64,000 nt of DNA from a virus, in the IMG/VR virus record IMGVR_UViG_3300008629_000003, positions 1 to 64,000 of that record; one strand, written 5' to 3'. Below the pieces are notes generated by a model. It saw nothing but the letters and a program-made list of their open reading frames with translations. It made no database searches and was not told the origin of the DNA. Shown piece after piece: positions 25,533-35,467 of this stretch (positions are counted from its first letter, which is position 1; every line of letters begins with the position of its first letter). The position numbers and the translations under genes are program-made.

Positions 25533-27298
25533 AGTCCCGTCCCCCCGCCATACCTCTGAATAATCAAATCTCTTTTGGCTTCCTTTGCTTGTTCATTAGC
25601 CTCCCACCGAGCCCTCTCTGCCGGGGTGGCCGTGCCCATATGCACTTTCCCAGATAGACCGTCACCCAATACGGTGTCCATGGCGTTCTGTATGCCCCCG
25701 ACGGTTTTAATGGCCCCCGACGCCTCCTTGAACGTCGCCGTCAGCTCGACCAGGCTTTCGGCTATGTCTTCTGTTGACTTCTGCCAATCGATATTTACCA
25801 GCAACCCCATCCCTTCGGCTAGGTTTTGGAAGCTTTTCTGTAAACCGCTCATAACCGTGGAAACGGTTCGGCCGACGCCCATCATCATTTCCTCAGACGT
25901 CAACCCGTAGCCTTCGCCCCTGCTCACGGTAGCCGCCCCGGTAGCAACGAAGCCGCCGCGTTTGTACGCGCTCTGCTCCCCGCGGTTTTTCCGCGCTTGC
26001 AAAGCCGCCGCCGCGCTACGGTCGCCACCCGCGCCGACCTCCGCTTTGTATGCCGCCAGCCCTTCGGCCGAGCCAAGGTTCTGGACCAGCGCCTCCAACT
26101 CATGGGCTTTTAGCTGCCCCCCGCTTACGGACTCCAGGCCCATAAACATCTGAGTGTTTGAATACCCGGCCGCTTGAAACTCTCCGAACAGATCGCCGAT
26201 GTTGTCGGGGTTGTAGATCCCCTCCTCCAGGCGTTTGCGCATGTCGATGTACGACGGCCCGCCCTTGCGGCCAAAACCCATCACCCGCATCATATACGAT
26301 TTCATCGGGCCACCCCCCGTCATCGTTCCCTGAAGCCGGTGCAAGAACCCCGTCGCCGCTTGCCCGCGGCCCCGTTCATCATCCGACCCGTTCAACGTGC
26401 CGAAAACAAGGCCCGGCAGCGCTTGAGCTACCCGGAGCCCTTGACGGTCAACGTGGCCAGTCGACGCGAACATATCGCTCACTAGCCCCGTCCGTTGCTC
26501 CATGAATTCGCCGTGGCGCCCTTCGCTCATCCCTAGCCGCGCCGCAAGGCCGGACATTTCCTCCATGTAAGCCGTCCGCGCCGGGGCTCTGCGTAGAGCT
26601 CCAATCAGCTTGCGGGCCGTCCCCATGCTTCGCATCGTGGTGGACGGGTCAATGCCAAACGTCCGTCCGTACCCAAGGAATTCCTGAGCCTCACCTCGCC
26701 CCACGGTGTTGGTCTGACCGCCTAAAATCTCCATAAATTGCCCGGTTTGCGCGATGGTATAGCCAAGCGCACTCCCATAATTGGTCACGGACCCCGCGGC
26801 CGATGCAAACCTCGCGTCGAGTTGCGCGATTATTTTGCTGAGCTCCATGTACTTGTGGCCCGACTGAAGCAAAAAACCGGTAATCGACGAACCAAGCCCC
26901 ACACCAAGCGCCGTCGAGGCCGCGCGGCTTACGAAGGATCCCCCCATCCGGTTGGCTTGACCAAAGGCCGCCCCAATTTGAGACCGGTCCCGCTCTTTTG
27001 TATGAGCCTTGGCTCGGTCCGCGTTCGCTTGGACAACACCCGCCGCCCTGTTCTCTTCGTTTCGCCCTCGATCAGCGTCTAGCCGTTGCTGATAGCGCAG
27101 ATGCGCCCCGAGCCCGGGCGAGCTTGTGGTCTGGGCGGCGTGGTGTGTTTTCGCGTCCCGCCCGAACGTATCGGGCGACCAGACGACGACATCTTGAAAC
27201 TCACGTACGGCGGCCGTGGCGTCCCTCACCTTTCGCGAGTAATCGACAATGGCTTGCACGTCGGCCTGCGCGCGGACTCGGATTGTTTGTTCGCTCAT
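25529..27298 (-). CDS. tape measure protein
   Basis: Ala/Gly-rich helical protein directly after the frameshifted chaperone. Confidence 0.75.
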   Translation of the reverse strand: MSEQTIRVRAQADVQAIVDYSRKVRDATAAVREFQDVVVWSPDTFGRDAKTHHAAQTTSSPGLGAHLRYQQRLDADRGRNEENRAAGVVQANADRAKAHTKERDRSQIGAAFGQANRMGGSFVSRAASTALGVGLGSSITGFLLQSGHKYMELSKIIAQLDARFASAAGSVTNYGSALGYTIAQTGQFMEILGGQTNTVGRGEAQEFLGYGRTFGIDPSTTMRSMGTARKLIGALRRAPARTAYMEEMSGLAARLGMSEGRHGEFMEQRTGLVSDMFASTGHVDRQGLRVAQALPGLVFGTLNGSDDERGRGQAATGFLHRLQGTMTGGGPMKSYMMRVMGFGRKGGPSYIDMRKRLEEGIYNPDNIGDLFGEFQAAGYSNTQMFMGLESVSGGQLKAHELEALVQNLGSAEGLAAYKAEVGAGGDRSAAAALQARKNRGEQSAYKRGGFVATGAATVSRGEGYGLTSEEMMMGVGRTVSTVMSGLQKSFQNLAEGMGLLVNIDWQKSTEDIAESLVELTATFKEASGAIKTVGGIQNAMDTVLGDGLSGKVHMGTATPAERARWEANEQAKEAKRDLIIQRYGGGTGL

Positions 27299-27732
27299 TT
27301 GTCGGCCTGTGATTTAGGAGAAATCGATCCCATTCGTAGAGTCATGGGCGCGCTTCGCTCCTGCTTTTTCTTGTGGATGTACTTGAGGCGTTTCTGTACG
27401 TCTGCACTGTTCAAGAAATCCAGATTCCGCGTCGTCATCTTCTCACCCAGGGACGGATCCGCTTGGACATCGCTGGCAAACACCGCGGTCGGGTTTGATC
27501 GTTCGTGCAGTCGTCGCTCTTGGTATGCCGACATGAGGAGGTCTCTTAGAATTTCGGGGTCTGTAGCGCTGAGGTATCGTTCGTCCCGAACTGAATAGCC
27601 ATAGCGCTGGCGCCATACCTCTCGAAAGTTGCTTGATTCGTGCCACGCCTGAACGATGACAGGGTGATCACTGTGTCGCGGGATTTGCGCAACGCCCTCC
27701 ACATTCAAGACGTGGAGGGCCGCTCGTTTCCC
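27295..27732 (-). CDS. tail assembly chaperone C-terminal extension (gpT-like, -1 frameshift product)
   Basis: the -1 frame is open from the slippery site to a TGA that overlaps the tape measure ATG. Confidence 0.75.
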   Translation of the reverse strand, partial: GKRAALHVLNVEGVAQIPRHSDHPVIVQAWHESSNFREVWRQRYGYSVRDERYLSATDPEILRDLLMSAYQERRLHERSNPTAVFASDVQADPSLGEKMTTRNLDFLNSADVQKRLKYIHKKKQERSAPMTLRMGSISPKSQADK

Positions 27733-28193
27733 GGCACTTCGGCCTCGCTTGCCCCATCCATAGCGGCCTGAAATGCGGCGGTGATCGTTCGGTATGTATC
27801 GTTGGATACCACGCGGTCGGCGATAGACCGCCAACCTTCTGGTCCCGACACAAAAAGAACGGTCCAGCGCGCCTGGAACTCTAGGGAACGGTTCAAGTCG
27901 TGGAGCTCGGACCAACACGCGCGAAGATCGGCGGGAAGATCGAGCCATGCCGCGTCTAGCGTGGACGCATACACCTCGTTTTCCACCTCGGGGACGAGGC
28001 TGTAAATCATCGCCGTGATCTGATCGATTTCTGTGCGAAGATCGGCGTATGCTTTGACCCCGCCCGCTAACTCGTGGAGCTTGCGTTGGAGCTGTAGCCG
28101 TTCGCGGATTGTGGGTTCCACGTGGAACACAAACACGGCCTCCGCATCGGTTTCTAACTCCACGCGGACGTCTATTGTTTTTCGCTGGTCCAT
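27705..28193 (-). CDS. tail assembly chaperone (gpG-like)
   Basis: lies between tube and tape measure; carries the slippery site. Confidence 0.8.
   Translation of the reverse strand: MDQRKTIDVRVELETDAEAVFVFHVEPTIRERLQLQRKLHELAGGVKAYADLRTEIDQITAMIYSLVPEVENEVYASTLDAAWLDLPADLRACWSELHDLNRSLEFQARWTVLFVSGPEGWRSIADRVVSNDTYRTITAAFQAAMDGASEAEVPGNERPSTS
27726..27732 (-). other. programmed -1 ribosomal frameshift site G GGA AAC
   Basis: X XXY YYZ heptamer in frame (CCG GGA AAC) near the chaperone 3' end. Confidence 0.8.
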
Positions 28194-28228
28194 ATTCTCT
28201 CCGGTTGGTTACTGCCGGAGACATAGTA

Positions 28229-28708
28229 TCAGACGCCGCCGAGCTCGGCCCATTGCTTCCCGTTGTAGCGGGTGCCATAGACAAAGCCGAGATCAATGGT
28301 CTTGTTCCCTCGTGCTCCCTGGCTCTGCGCGTGTCGATTGATCTTACACCCGGTGTAAGCATTCAAAATCGTACCCGCTCCAGGCCGATGCTCGGCTACG
28401 CGCTCCAAAATCGTGTATTCTTTTCCGAGAAAGGTGTCCGCCGATGGTAGGGAATCGTTCCACGCTGGGGTGAAAAACGCCGGCACGTTGCACCCGCCGT
28501 CGTGGCGGCCTTGCACGTGCTCATTCACTTTGTGGTCGCCGGCCTCTTCGACCGGGTTGGTTTCGAAGTTGTCGGTCATGTTTATGCCGGTTGTCGCTCC
28601 GATAACCACATCCGACGGATCGTCCGCATTGAGAATAATTACCTCTACAGCCGCCCCCGCCACCTTGCTGACGTAGGCGTCTTGGCCTTGGAAAGTTGCG
28701 TAAGACAT
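28229..28708 (-). CDS. tail tube protein
   Basis: 159 aa beta-rich protein directly after the sheath. Confidence 0.8.
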   Translation of the reverse strand: MSYATFQGQDAYVSKVAGAAVEVIILNADDPSDVVIGATTGINMTDNFETNPVEEAGDHKVNEHVQGRHDGGCNVPAFFTPAWNDSLPSADTFLGKEYTILERVAEHRPGAGTILNAYTGCKINRHAQSQGARGNKTIDLGFVYGTRYNGKQWAELGGV

Positions 28709-28711
28709 TGT

Positions 28712-30493
28712 CTATTCTCCGATATTCACATAGGTGGTCACGGTTATGAAATCCGTGGTTGTGGGCAACTTGACACCCCACACGACGTTGTACCCGTTGC
28801 CGCTTGCGTCAAGCGTGATCGAGCTGATGCTGAAATCTTCAATCAGGCCACGCTTATCCTTCAAGAATAGGGCGCGCTTTATGATGACTGCCGAGATCGT
28901 GGACGGGTCGACCTTGTCTGCTCCGAGCTGGGAACCGTCCAGATCCTCCTTCAGCACACGATCGACAAAATCGGCCTGATCTCGCTGCATGATCAAACAA
29001 GTATCGGCGGTGTCCACATTCCAACTCTGGGTATTTGCTTGTAGCGTGTTCAAGCCCTGGCTCACGACAAAGCGATAGGGCCGACTTCCCGAAAGCCTGT
29101 AGACACCGACGCCAGCCTTGTGAAGGGTGGTCAGGTTGCCGCTTACGCGCTCGTCCCATTTGATTTCGAGCGTAGAGTAGGAGAGCGCGTCGTTGGTCAG
29201 GTTGTGCGCGATGCCCCCGGCAATACGCATCCCGAACACCGCGGGCGCCAACGACTTGTAAGCATCCAGGTAATCCATACCACCGGCCCAAAGGTCGATG
29301 TCTTGGTTGTCGAGCGCCGTTGCGCGCACCTTCGGATTGGTACTTCCGGCGCCGGCCAAATTGGTGTCGCCCCAATCACAGCCCGTCGTGATGCTGACAG
29401 GATAGCCCGCCGCGCGCTTGGTGATCGCCCAATCGCGCCAAGCTGCGTGAACGGTCGTCAGGCTTTCCACCAAAAGAAACGCACGGGGTACGATTTGCTC
29501 ACGAAGCAAAAACGCGTCCCACTCTTTCGAGTCCAGATCAGAAATAAAATCGTTGTGTTCGGTAAGCGTGCCAGCGGGCGATGCGCCGGGGACAACGGTG
29601 CCCCACGCGCTAACCTCTTTCATAGGCTTTTCAGCCTGAGTCAAGAGCGCCGCGTTGCTGAATGTTGCGGCCTTGGAGGCGCCGATGTGCTTCGATGTGT
29701 CATTGAGCCAATCGACCAAAGCCTGGCCATTTGCTAGGGTGCCGCTCGTCTCTTGTCGCGTGGTGTCGTACTCCACGATCATCCCGTAGCCGCTCGCCGC
29801 GGTTTCCGCGGCAGAAACCGCGGCGCTGGCGGTGGTGGTGATGTCCACCCAGAACACCTCTTGACCGTTGGCGTCAAACTCCGTCCCTTTGCCGTCCGTG
29901 GCTTTGACCAAATAGGCGACGTTGGCGCTGTTGTTATCTCCAAGCTCAATAGCTTGGCCGTCTTTGACCCAGGTGTTGTCACGCACATAGATACGCGTGT
30001 CGCCAACGCTCACGTCCTGGGCCAAGCGTGCAAAATGCTTCAGCGGGGTGACCACCACACCCGAACCGCTCACAGCAATTTTAATGTGCCCCCCGGGTGC
30101 GCCGAACTTCTTGGAGTAAATGTTCATTTCAACCACTGGGCCGGTGGAGTGAGCGGGGACCGAACACCGAACAAGCGCAGAACAGGACACGTAATAAGCA
30201 AACGGCAATCCGTGACGCTTCGCGTACTTGGCCGCGATCGCAATGTCGGACGCTGGGCCGTATTCATCGGCGACGGCACTGGCCGTCCCAAGCGCAACGA
30301 ACGGCGAAAATTCCGCCTCATCGCTATACTTCAAGTCGTTGGCGTTGTATGGCACCCCCCAATCCGCGTCACCGATGACCACGGGGACGTGGAATTCGGG
30401 CAAGGGTCCGGGGAGACTGCTGCGCACACGGATATCCGTGTAGACACCGGGTATATACTTCGTGGTCCCGTCGGGGGCGGTAACGGAAGGCAT
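28712..30493 (-). CDS. tail sheath protein
   Basis: YIPGVY N-terminus, VIGDADWG, LTND..L, QGLNT, DFITVT C-terminus. Confidence 0.9.
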   Translation of the reverse strand: MPSVTAPDGTTKYIPGVYTDIRVRSSLPGPLPEFHVPVVIGDADWGVPYNANDLKYSDEAEFSPFVALGTASAVADEYGPASDIAIAAKYAKRHGLPFAYYVSCSALVRCSVPAHSTGPVVEMNIYSKKFGAPGGHIKIAVSGSGVVVTPLKHFARLAQDVSVGDTRIYVRDNTWVKDGQAIELGDNNSANVAYLVKATDGKGTEFDANGQEVFWVDITTTASAAVSAAETAASGYGMIVEYDTTRQETSGTLANGQALVDWLNDTSKHIGASKAATFSNAALLTQAEKPMKEVSAWGTVVPGASPAGTLTEHNDFISDLDSKEWDAFLLREQIVPRAFLLVESLTTVHAAWRDWAITKRAAGYPVSITTGCDWGDTNLAGAGSTNPKVRATALDNQDIDLWAGGMDYLDAYKSLAPAVFGMRIAGGIAHNLTNDALSYSTLEIKWDERVSGNLTTLHKAGVGVYRLSGSRPYRFVVSQGLNTLQANTQSWNVDTADTCLIMQRDQADFVDRVLKEDLDGSQLGADKVDPSTISAVIIKRALFLKDKRGLIEDFSISSITLDASGNGYNVVWGVKLPTTTDFITVTTYVNIGE

Positions 30494-30496
30494 ATG

Positions 30497-30766
30497 TTAC
30501 TCCTTGATCTTCTTAGTCGGCTTGGATTTTTTTGGAAGCACTAGCGCCACCGGGTTGTCGCTGTCGCGCGCTGCTTTCCATTGCTTGCGATTCCACGCCC
30601 TGATCCGGTCTATGACCTTGGGCCAGTCTTTGGCGCTGAACTGGACCGCCTGGGGCGCACAGCAATCGAACAACAGATCAACACAACGCGCGTCGCCTGT
30701 TCTTTGTTTTGCTTCGGTCGCATCCGTGGCGGGTGGCATTTGGGCGATGTATTCCAAAAAGGTCAT
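30497..30766 (-). CDS. hypothetical protein
   Basis: fits between neighbours; GAGG RBS. Confidence 0.65.
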   Translation of the reverse strand: MTFLEYIAQMPPATDATEAKQRTGDARCVDLLFDCCAPQAVQFSAKDWPKVIDRIRAWNRKQWKAARDSDNPVALVLPKKSKPTKKIKE

Positions 30767-30773
30767 GGGATCC

Positions 30774-31460
30774 TCAGTTGCTATATGTCACGCTCTGCGA
30801 CATTTTGAAAGCTACCCGCTCTCTTTGGGACGTTTGGTGTTGGGTCCATTCCATGGACATGGACATTACCGGCACATAGGCAACATGTGGCGTCAAGTCA
30901 GAGGATACCTCAAACCCGCCGTCCGATAGGGTGATGTTGAGAACCCCGGCGCTCTGGAGGCGTCCCTTGTCACGCATTAGAACATTTCGGACAGCTTCAT
31001 GCAGTAACAGAGACCCCTCCGGGGCGATCGCCCATGATCCGATCTGAATTTGGGTCGTTTGGTCTGAGCCAATGATCGTGTGCTCGACATGTCGGAGCTT
31101 TTCGCCTGCTCCGAGCTTTTCGACGCGCCGGTGCATGACATCCCCCATGGTCGCCTGGCCCACATCTTCGCTACCCGAGGCAACCAAAACCGAGACCCAG
31201 GGCAATGACAACTCTGTCCGTGGATAGGTCACCCCAACGCGCACCGCGCCGGCGCTGCCATAGGAGACCAATCGCTTGAGGTGATCCTTCAAGTCTTGGG
31301 TCCATTGGTCTTGCGTCCCGTCTCGCAAGTCATCAAAGCGCTGGTAGAGCTCGGAGAGTCGAACGTCATCAGACGCGAGCTCTACCAGTCCCTTGATCAA
31401 CACCTCGCGCACCAACAGGCTCGGAACAATGCCCGCACCAGACCCGAGCGGCTTTGGCAT
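30774..31460 (-). CDS. tail terminator/completion protein
   Basis: position before the sheath; YPRTELSLPWVSVLV motif. Confidence 0.6.
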   Translation of the reverse strand: MPKPLGSGAGIVPSLLVREVLIKGLVELASDDVRLSELYQRFDDLRDGTQDQWTQDLKDHLKRLVSYGSAGAVRVGVTYPRTELSLPWVSVLVASGSEDVGQATMGDVMHRRVEKLGAGEKLRHVEHTIIGSDQTTQIQIGSWAIAPEGSLLLHEAVRNVLMRDKGRLQSAGVLNITLSDGGFEVSSDLTPHVAYVPVMSMSMEWTQHQTSQRERVAFKMSQSVTYSN

Positions 31461-32432
31461 CTAGCCCCCCCCGATTACGGCATTTACACCGGCCATTATG
31501 TGAGCCTCTAGGCGGCCGTTGCGCATTGTCGCTTGCATGACGCGACGCGCGACGTACTTTCCTTGGCGCGCTGGGATGTTCCAGCCCTGAGAGTTTTCGG
31601 TCATTGTTCGAATGGTCATATAAGTGGTGTGCCTTCGCGTTCCCGTCTTAAACATGCCGTGAAATTTTGAAGCACTCCAGGCCGGGTTAACCATCGGGCC
31701 GTGTTTGTTTTTGCCCACTAGCCGCGCTGTACGCCTTTCATCGACCGACATGTTGTGGGCGCCTTGCCCGCCGCCCAGAGCGATCCCCGTTCGAACGTGG
31801 GATCGGTCCAGCGCTCGGCGGTGGGGGGTTTTCGGTCTCACATATCGATCGGCTTGAACATACTGGCGCTTGCCGGATGGCATCGTGCGATATACCGGCC
31901 CAACACCGAGGCGCTTGTGATGGGAAAGCTGCCGCTTGGCCGTCAAGTAAATGTCCCGGGGCATCATATTACGAAGAGCCGTCCGAGTTTGGCCGCCATC
32001 CCGCCGCGCCCCGGGCTCTTTAAATGCATAATGCCGAAACGGGACGTGCATGTATCGCACACCATCGGCAGATTTTTTAATTCTGCCGGTGGCCTTCCCC
32101 CAATTTACGACCGATGGTAAGTGGAACGCGGGGTGTCCATCTTCAACGATCGACGCATGTTTCGCCGTATTCGTAACCGAAAACACAACAGACCAGACGC
32201 TTCCGCTCATAGCCACCTGTTCGACTTCAAGCCGGCCCTCGGCTTGAATGCCGTTGATGTATCCCCCGCGGTCGCTGATCTGCATTGCGTGGGCGGCGGA
32301 AATCCACGTCCCTTGGATGTATTGTGCCGCGCGCAAAGCCCCGCGGTTAAATGCTCGTTTCATGGTGTCGAGATCGGGGGTCATATCGTCCCACGACGCC
32401 CCCTCGATTTGCAAGCTGAACTCCAAGGTCAT
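31461..32432 (-). CDS. neck/virion morphogenesis protein
   Basis: HASIVEDG, YMHVPFRH, YMTIRTMTENS..WNIP motifs; ATGA overlap. Confidence 0.6.
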   Translation of the reverse strand: MTLEFSLQIEGASWDDMTPDLDTMKRAFNRGALRAAQYIQGTWISAAHAMQISDRGGYINGIQAEGRLEVEQVAMSGSVWSVVFSVTNTAKHASIVEDGHPAFHLPSVVNWGKATGRIKKSADGVRYMHVPFRHYAFKEPGARRDGGQTRTALRNMMPRDIYLTAKRQLSHHKRLGVGPVYRTMPSGKRQYVQADRYVRPKTPHRRALDRSHVRTGIALGGGQGAHNMSVDERRTARLVGKNKHGPMVNPAWSASKFHGMFKTGTRRHTTYMTIRTMTENSQGWNIPARQGKYVARRVMQATMRNGRLEAHIMAGVNAVIGGG

Positions 32433-33214
32433 CGCCGCTCTTCCTCCCCGCGCGTCCATTGGTCCAGCCGACTGACCGAACACCGGTAGGGGTAAGCCGT
32501 CCCGGCTTCCGCTCGAAACATACCGGGGTCATACTCCACAACATAGGCCGCGGGAGCTCGATATCGCACCGTGTACCCCCGGGCCGGGGATGGCCCGCAC
32601 CCCTCGCGCCATTCAATCCTCTGGCCGGTGCGGGTGTATTCTACGCCCTCCACGGCCTCCAGAATTGCACGCGTCCCGGCCTGTTCGTAAAACACCGCCT
32701 CCACTTCCGAGACGCGTGGATACTTCAACCGATCCGGGGTTGGTGATTGCTCGGGGACGCGGTAGTCGCCAATCGAATCGCGGAACCGTATGTCAGAGCC
32801 GCTGAGCTGTTGATGCGCGCGATAGATCACCTCCTGAACGATGTGGGTCTCGTTGTCGGGTAAAATCATGTCACCAGGCGCCGCAATAATCGGCCGGGGA
32901 AACGTCGCCTGAGCATCACCGTGGATCAATTGGCCCGCGGCTTGGTCCTCTCGTTTGTTGCTGCGATTCTGCAACAACACGACAATCGGCTCCCGGTGCT
33001 TTTGTGGGTGTAAATACCCGCGACCGAAACAGCTTGGACAACCAATAGCCGGGAGGCCGGTTTCGAGGCGCAAGCATGGGCATTTGATGCCCCTCCTCAA
33101 CTCGGCACTTTGCCCGTGTTGCTCGATCAAATCGTCGAGCTCGGCCGGGTCCACGTGAATCAGGGGAAACCTATCGGTCCCGACCACCTGGAGGCTTTTC
33201 CTTCGGGCGGCCAT
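32429..33214 (-). CDS. neck (head closure) protein with CPC...CxxCxGxG
   Basis: KCPC...CPSCFGRG as in SPO1/Twort-like neck proteins; ATG overlaps the upstream TGA. Confidence 0.65.
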   Translation of the reverse strand: MAARRKSLQVVGTDRFPLIHVDPAELDDLIEQHGQSAELRRGIKCPCLRLETGLPAIGCPSCFGRGYLHPQKHREPIVVLLQNRSNKREDQAAGQLIHGDAQATFPRPIIAAPGDMILPDNETHIVQEVIYRAHQQLSGSDIRFRDSIGDYRVPEQSPTPDRLKYPRVSEVEAVFYEQAGTRAILEAVEGVEYTRTGQRIEWREGCGPSPARGYTVRYRAPAAYVVEYDPGMFRAEAGTAYPYRCSVSRLDQWTRGEEERR

Positions 33215-34131
33215 CAATAGCCGTACATCATGACCGGGAGGCCACGCTTGTACGATCGCAGGCTTTTCCAATTGATCCGCTTGGTCGCTTCATCCAAGAC
33301 GTGCTCAAGTGCTGAATTCAAACCGTAGATCGCCGACGCCTGAAGACCAACGGATCGACTCACGCCGTCCATGCTTATCGACGCACTTGTTAGCCCTTGC
33401 GACTGCGCCAAACCACCAATCGACAAGAGGGTGATCCCTGCCACGCAATAGCACCAATGCGCCAAAACCGCCTCGATCTCACCCGTCGCGCCGCCCTGTT
33501 TCGAAATCGGCCCGCGCGTAAAATCGACGGCCCAAAAATCCGGCACCGGGCTCTGGTGGATGTTGATCGTATGCCACACGCCGTAATTCGAACCGCCACC
33601 GTCGGCGTTGTTGGTGATCACTACCGACAACAGATCGGTCGGAATGATGTGGAGCGTTCCCTGCTCCCCCCACTCCAATTTCACAAAATTCATATTTCCG
33701 TTGGCTTCGGAAAACTCCCAAACCAACACGTCGAAATAATACGCGCGGATCCGGTCAACCGATATGACAGAAGCCGAGGGCAAGTCAATCCGAAACCACG
33801 TATTTGTCGCCGCCCGATTGTACGGCAAGCGTGACACCAGGCGGTCAAAATGGACTCCCTGAATCAAGCCGTCGTCAGCGGGGCGAGCCTTGCAAACCTC
33901 GATCCCCATAGGGACGCCAAGCTTGGCCTCCAGCTCGGAGATCGCCGCGCGCATGTGCCACCGAATCGTCTCGTCTGGTATCGCCCCTAGAACACCGGTC
34001 AGATCATCTTGTGAACTTGGGTCGAGCCCAGCCGCCAAACCCGGCGCGTACCTCCTTCTCCATAAATCTGGATCAAGAAGCTCCGCAACAGGGACACTCA
34101 GACCGAGTGTGCGATAAGACGGCCGACTCAT
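33214..34131 (-). CDS. head-tail adaptor (neck) protein
   Basis: AAISELEAKLG...SASISMDGVSRS...SAIYG motifs. Confidence 0.7.
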   Translation of the reverse strand: MSRPSYRTLGLSVPVAELLDPDLWRRRYAPGLAAGLDPSSQDDLTGVLGAIPDETIRWHMRAAISELEAKLGVPMGIEVCKARPADDGLIQGVHFDRLVSRLPYNRAATNTWFRIDLPSASVISVDRIRAYYFDVLVWEFSEANGNMNFVKLEWGEQGTLHIIPTDLLSVVITNNADGGGSNYGVWHTINIHQSPVPDFWAVDFTRGPISKQGGATGEIEAVLAHWCYCVAGITLLSIGGLAQSQGLTSASISMDGVSRSVGLQASAIYGLNSALEHVLDEATKRINWKSLRSYKRGLPVMMYGY

Positions 34132-34142
34132 ATCCCCTCACG

Positions 34143-34619
34143 TTATCGGCGCTGACAGTACAGGTAAGCGCTGGCGCCGACCACATCACCGGAACCTGTA
34201 CCAACGACGGACAACGCGATGGTCGCGTTGTAGTCTACGTCGGCCTTGCCCGTTTCTGGAGCGACACGTTGACCGGTGCCCGCGCCCGTCTTGATGTCTT
34301 CTGGCGCGTCCAAGATCGTGGCGCCCGCCACCAAAACGTCGGCAGTCGCCGCCGAACCCGCCGCCGACTCACAACCAAGATCCGCGGCCCAGATGGTAAG
34401 CGGCCAAGGCGCCTTCACTGCGAGGCTGACCTTCGTGTTGTTGTTGGCCGCGGTATGCAGCATCAACGGAATGACAAAGAACGAAGCCGGAAACTCGTGC
34501 AAACGAGCATGGCCGGCATAGCCGAGGGCCTTGTCGTAGCGCCGCAAGTCGAAAAGTTGGTCACTAGTAGGGCGAACACTGAACGCCCCAACTACGGCAG
34601 AGTTGCTAATTTCAGCCAT
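34143..34619 (-). CDS. virion structural protein
   Basis: beta-rich; lies in the head/neck cluster; AGGAG RBS. Confidence 0.6.
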   Translation of the reverse strand: MAEISNSAVVGAFSVRPTSDQLFDLRRYDKALGYAGHARLHEFPASFFVIPLMLHTAANNNTKVSLAVKAPWPLTIWAADLGCESAAGSAATADVLVAGATILDAPEDIKTGAGTGQRVAPETGKADVDYNATIALSVVGTGSGDVVGASAYLYCQRR

Positions 34620-35460
34620 TGGTGGCTCCTTCTGTCAGTCGAATGATCGCGTCTCGTTGGGCTACCGAAACAGTCGGAAGACCTTCTCGACGCAAATAGT
34701 AATTGATACGATTTGGGTGCGGGTGACTCTCTTGGGTCTTTTTTCGCAGATCGCTGATGATTTTCTGCGCGGACTCTAAGTCTTCCGCCGATCCCCATTC
34801 TTGCAGTAGTTCTACCGCGTCGGCCGCGGTGACGATCGGATCCAAATGCACAGGATCGGCCACGTCCGAGCCGGCCGCCTCGGTGCTCGGGCTATGCTCG
34901 GGCTCCTCTTCCACAGGCTCGACAACAGGAGGCGCCTTGCGCTTCTTTTTGCTAGGGGGTCGTGGCGGGCGCCATCCGTCGGCCGGCGTCTTCCATCCCG
35001 TAACTTCCCACGGGTACGCCTTCCCTCGCATTTTCGCCCAATCCACCGGAGGAACGGACAATAGCATTTCTGCCAGCGTTAGGCCGGTAGCCAAACTTCG
35101 CCCACCCGCTTCTCCTGGGTTGCCGTGGTTGAATACTCCAACCAAGTCGTCGGTCGACCATCCGAGCTCTATAGCTCGATCCAGAGGCGTGGTGGCCGTG
35201 GGTGGTACGGGCCGCAATGTTGGACGAGATTTAGGGGCAGTGGAGAGAACCTCGTCCTCCCGTACCACCCGAAACCGGCCATCCGACTGCACCACAGCCG
35301 CCCGAACCGCCGCCAACGCCGGCGCGTCCTCCGGCATGGTGGCCACCATCACATACTCCCCGGATACAAGCTCGCGTTTAACGAACTCCACCGGTTCCCC
35401 CCCCATCCAGAAGATCGAAGAGTCGCGTAGGCGGCCACCATGTCGGACGATCCACACCAT
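34612..35460 (-). CDS. hypothetical protein downstream of the capsid gene
   Basis: ATG 7 nt after the capsid stop. Confidence 0.7.
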   Translation of the reverse strand: MVWIVRHGGRLRDSSIFWMGGEPVEFVKRELVSGEYVMVATMPEDAPALAAVRAAVVQSDGRFRVVREDEVLSTAPKSRPTLRPVPPTATTPLDRAIELGWSTDDLVGVFNHGNPGEAGGRSLATGLTLAEMLLSVPPVDWAKMRGKAYPWEVTGWKTPADGWRPPRPPSKKKRKAPPVVEPVEEEPEHSPSTEAAGSDVADPVHLDPIVTAADAVELLQEWGSAEDLESAQKIISDLRKKTQESHPHPNRINYYLRREGLPTVSVAQRDAIIRLTEGATNG

Positions 35461-35467
35461 CGACGGC

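Noticed and set aside
27733-28362. 5' part of the 355-aa ORF 27295..28362
   Set aside because: It overlaps the tube and chaperone genes; only the part after the slippery site is plausible
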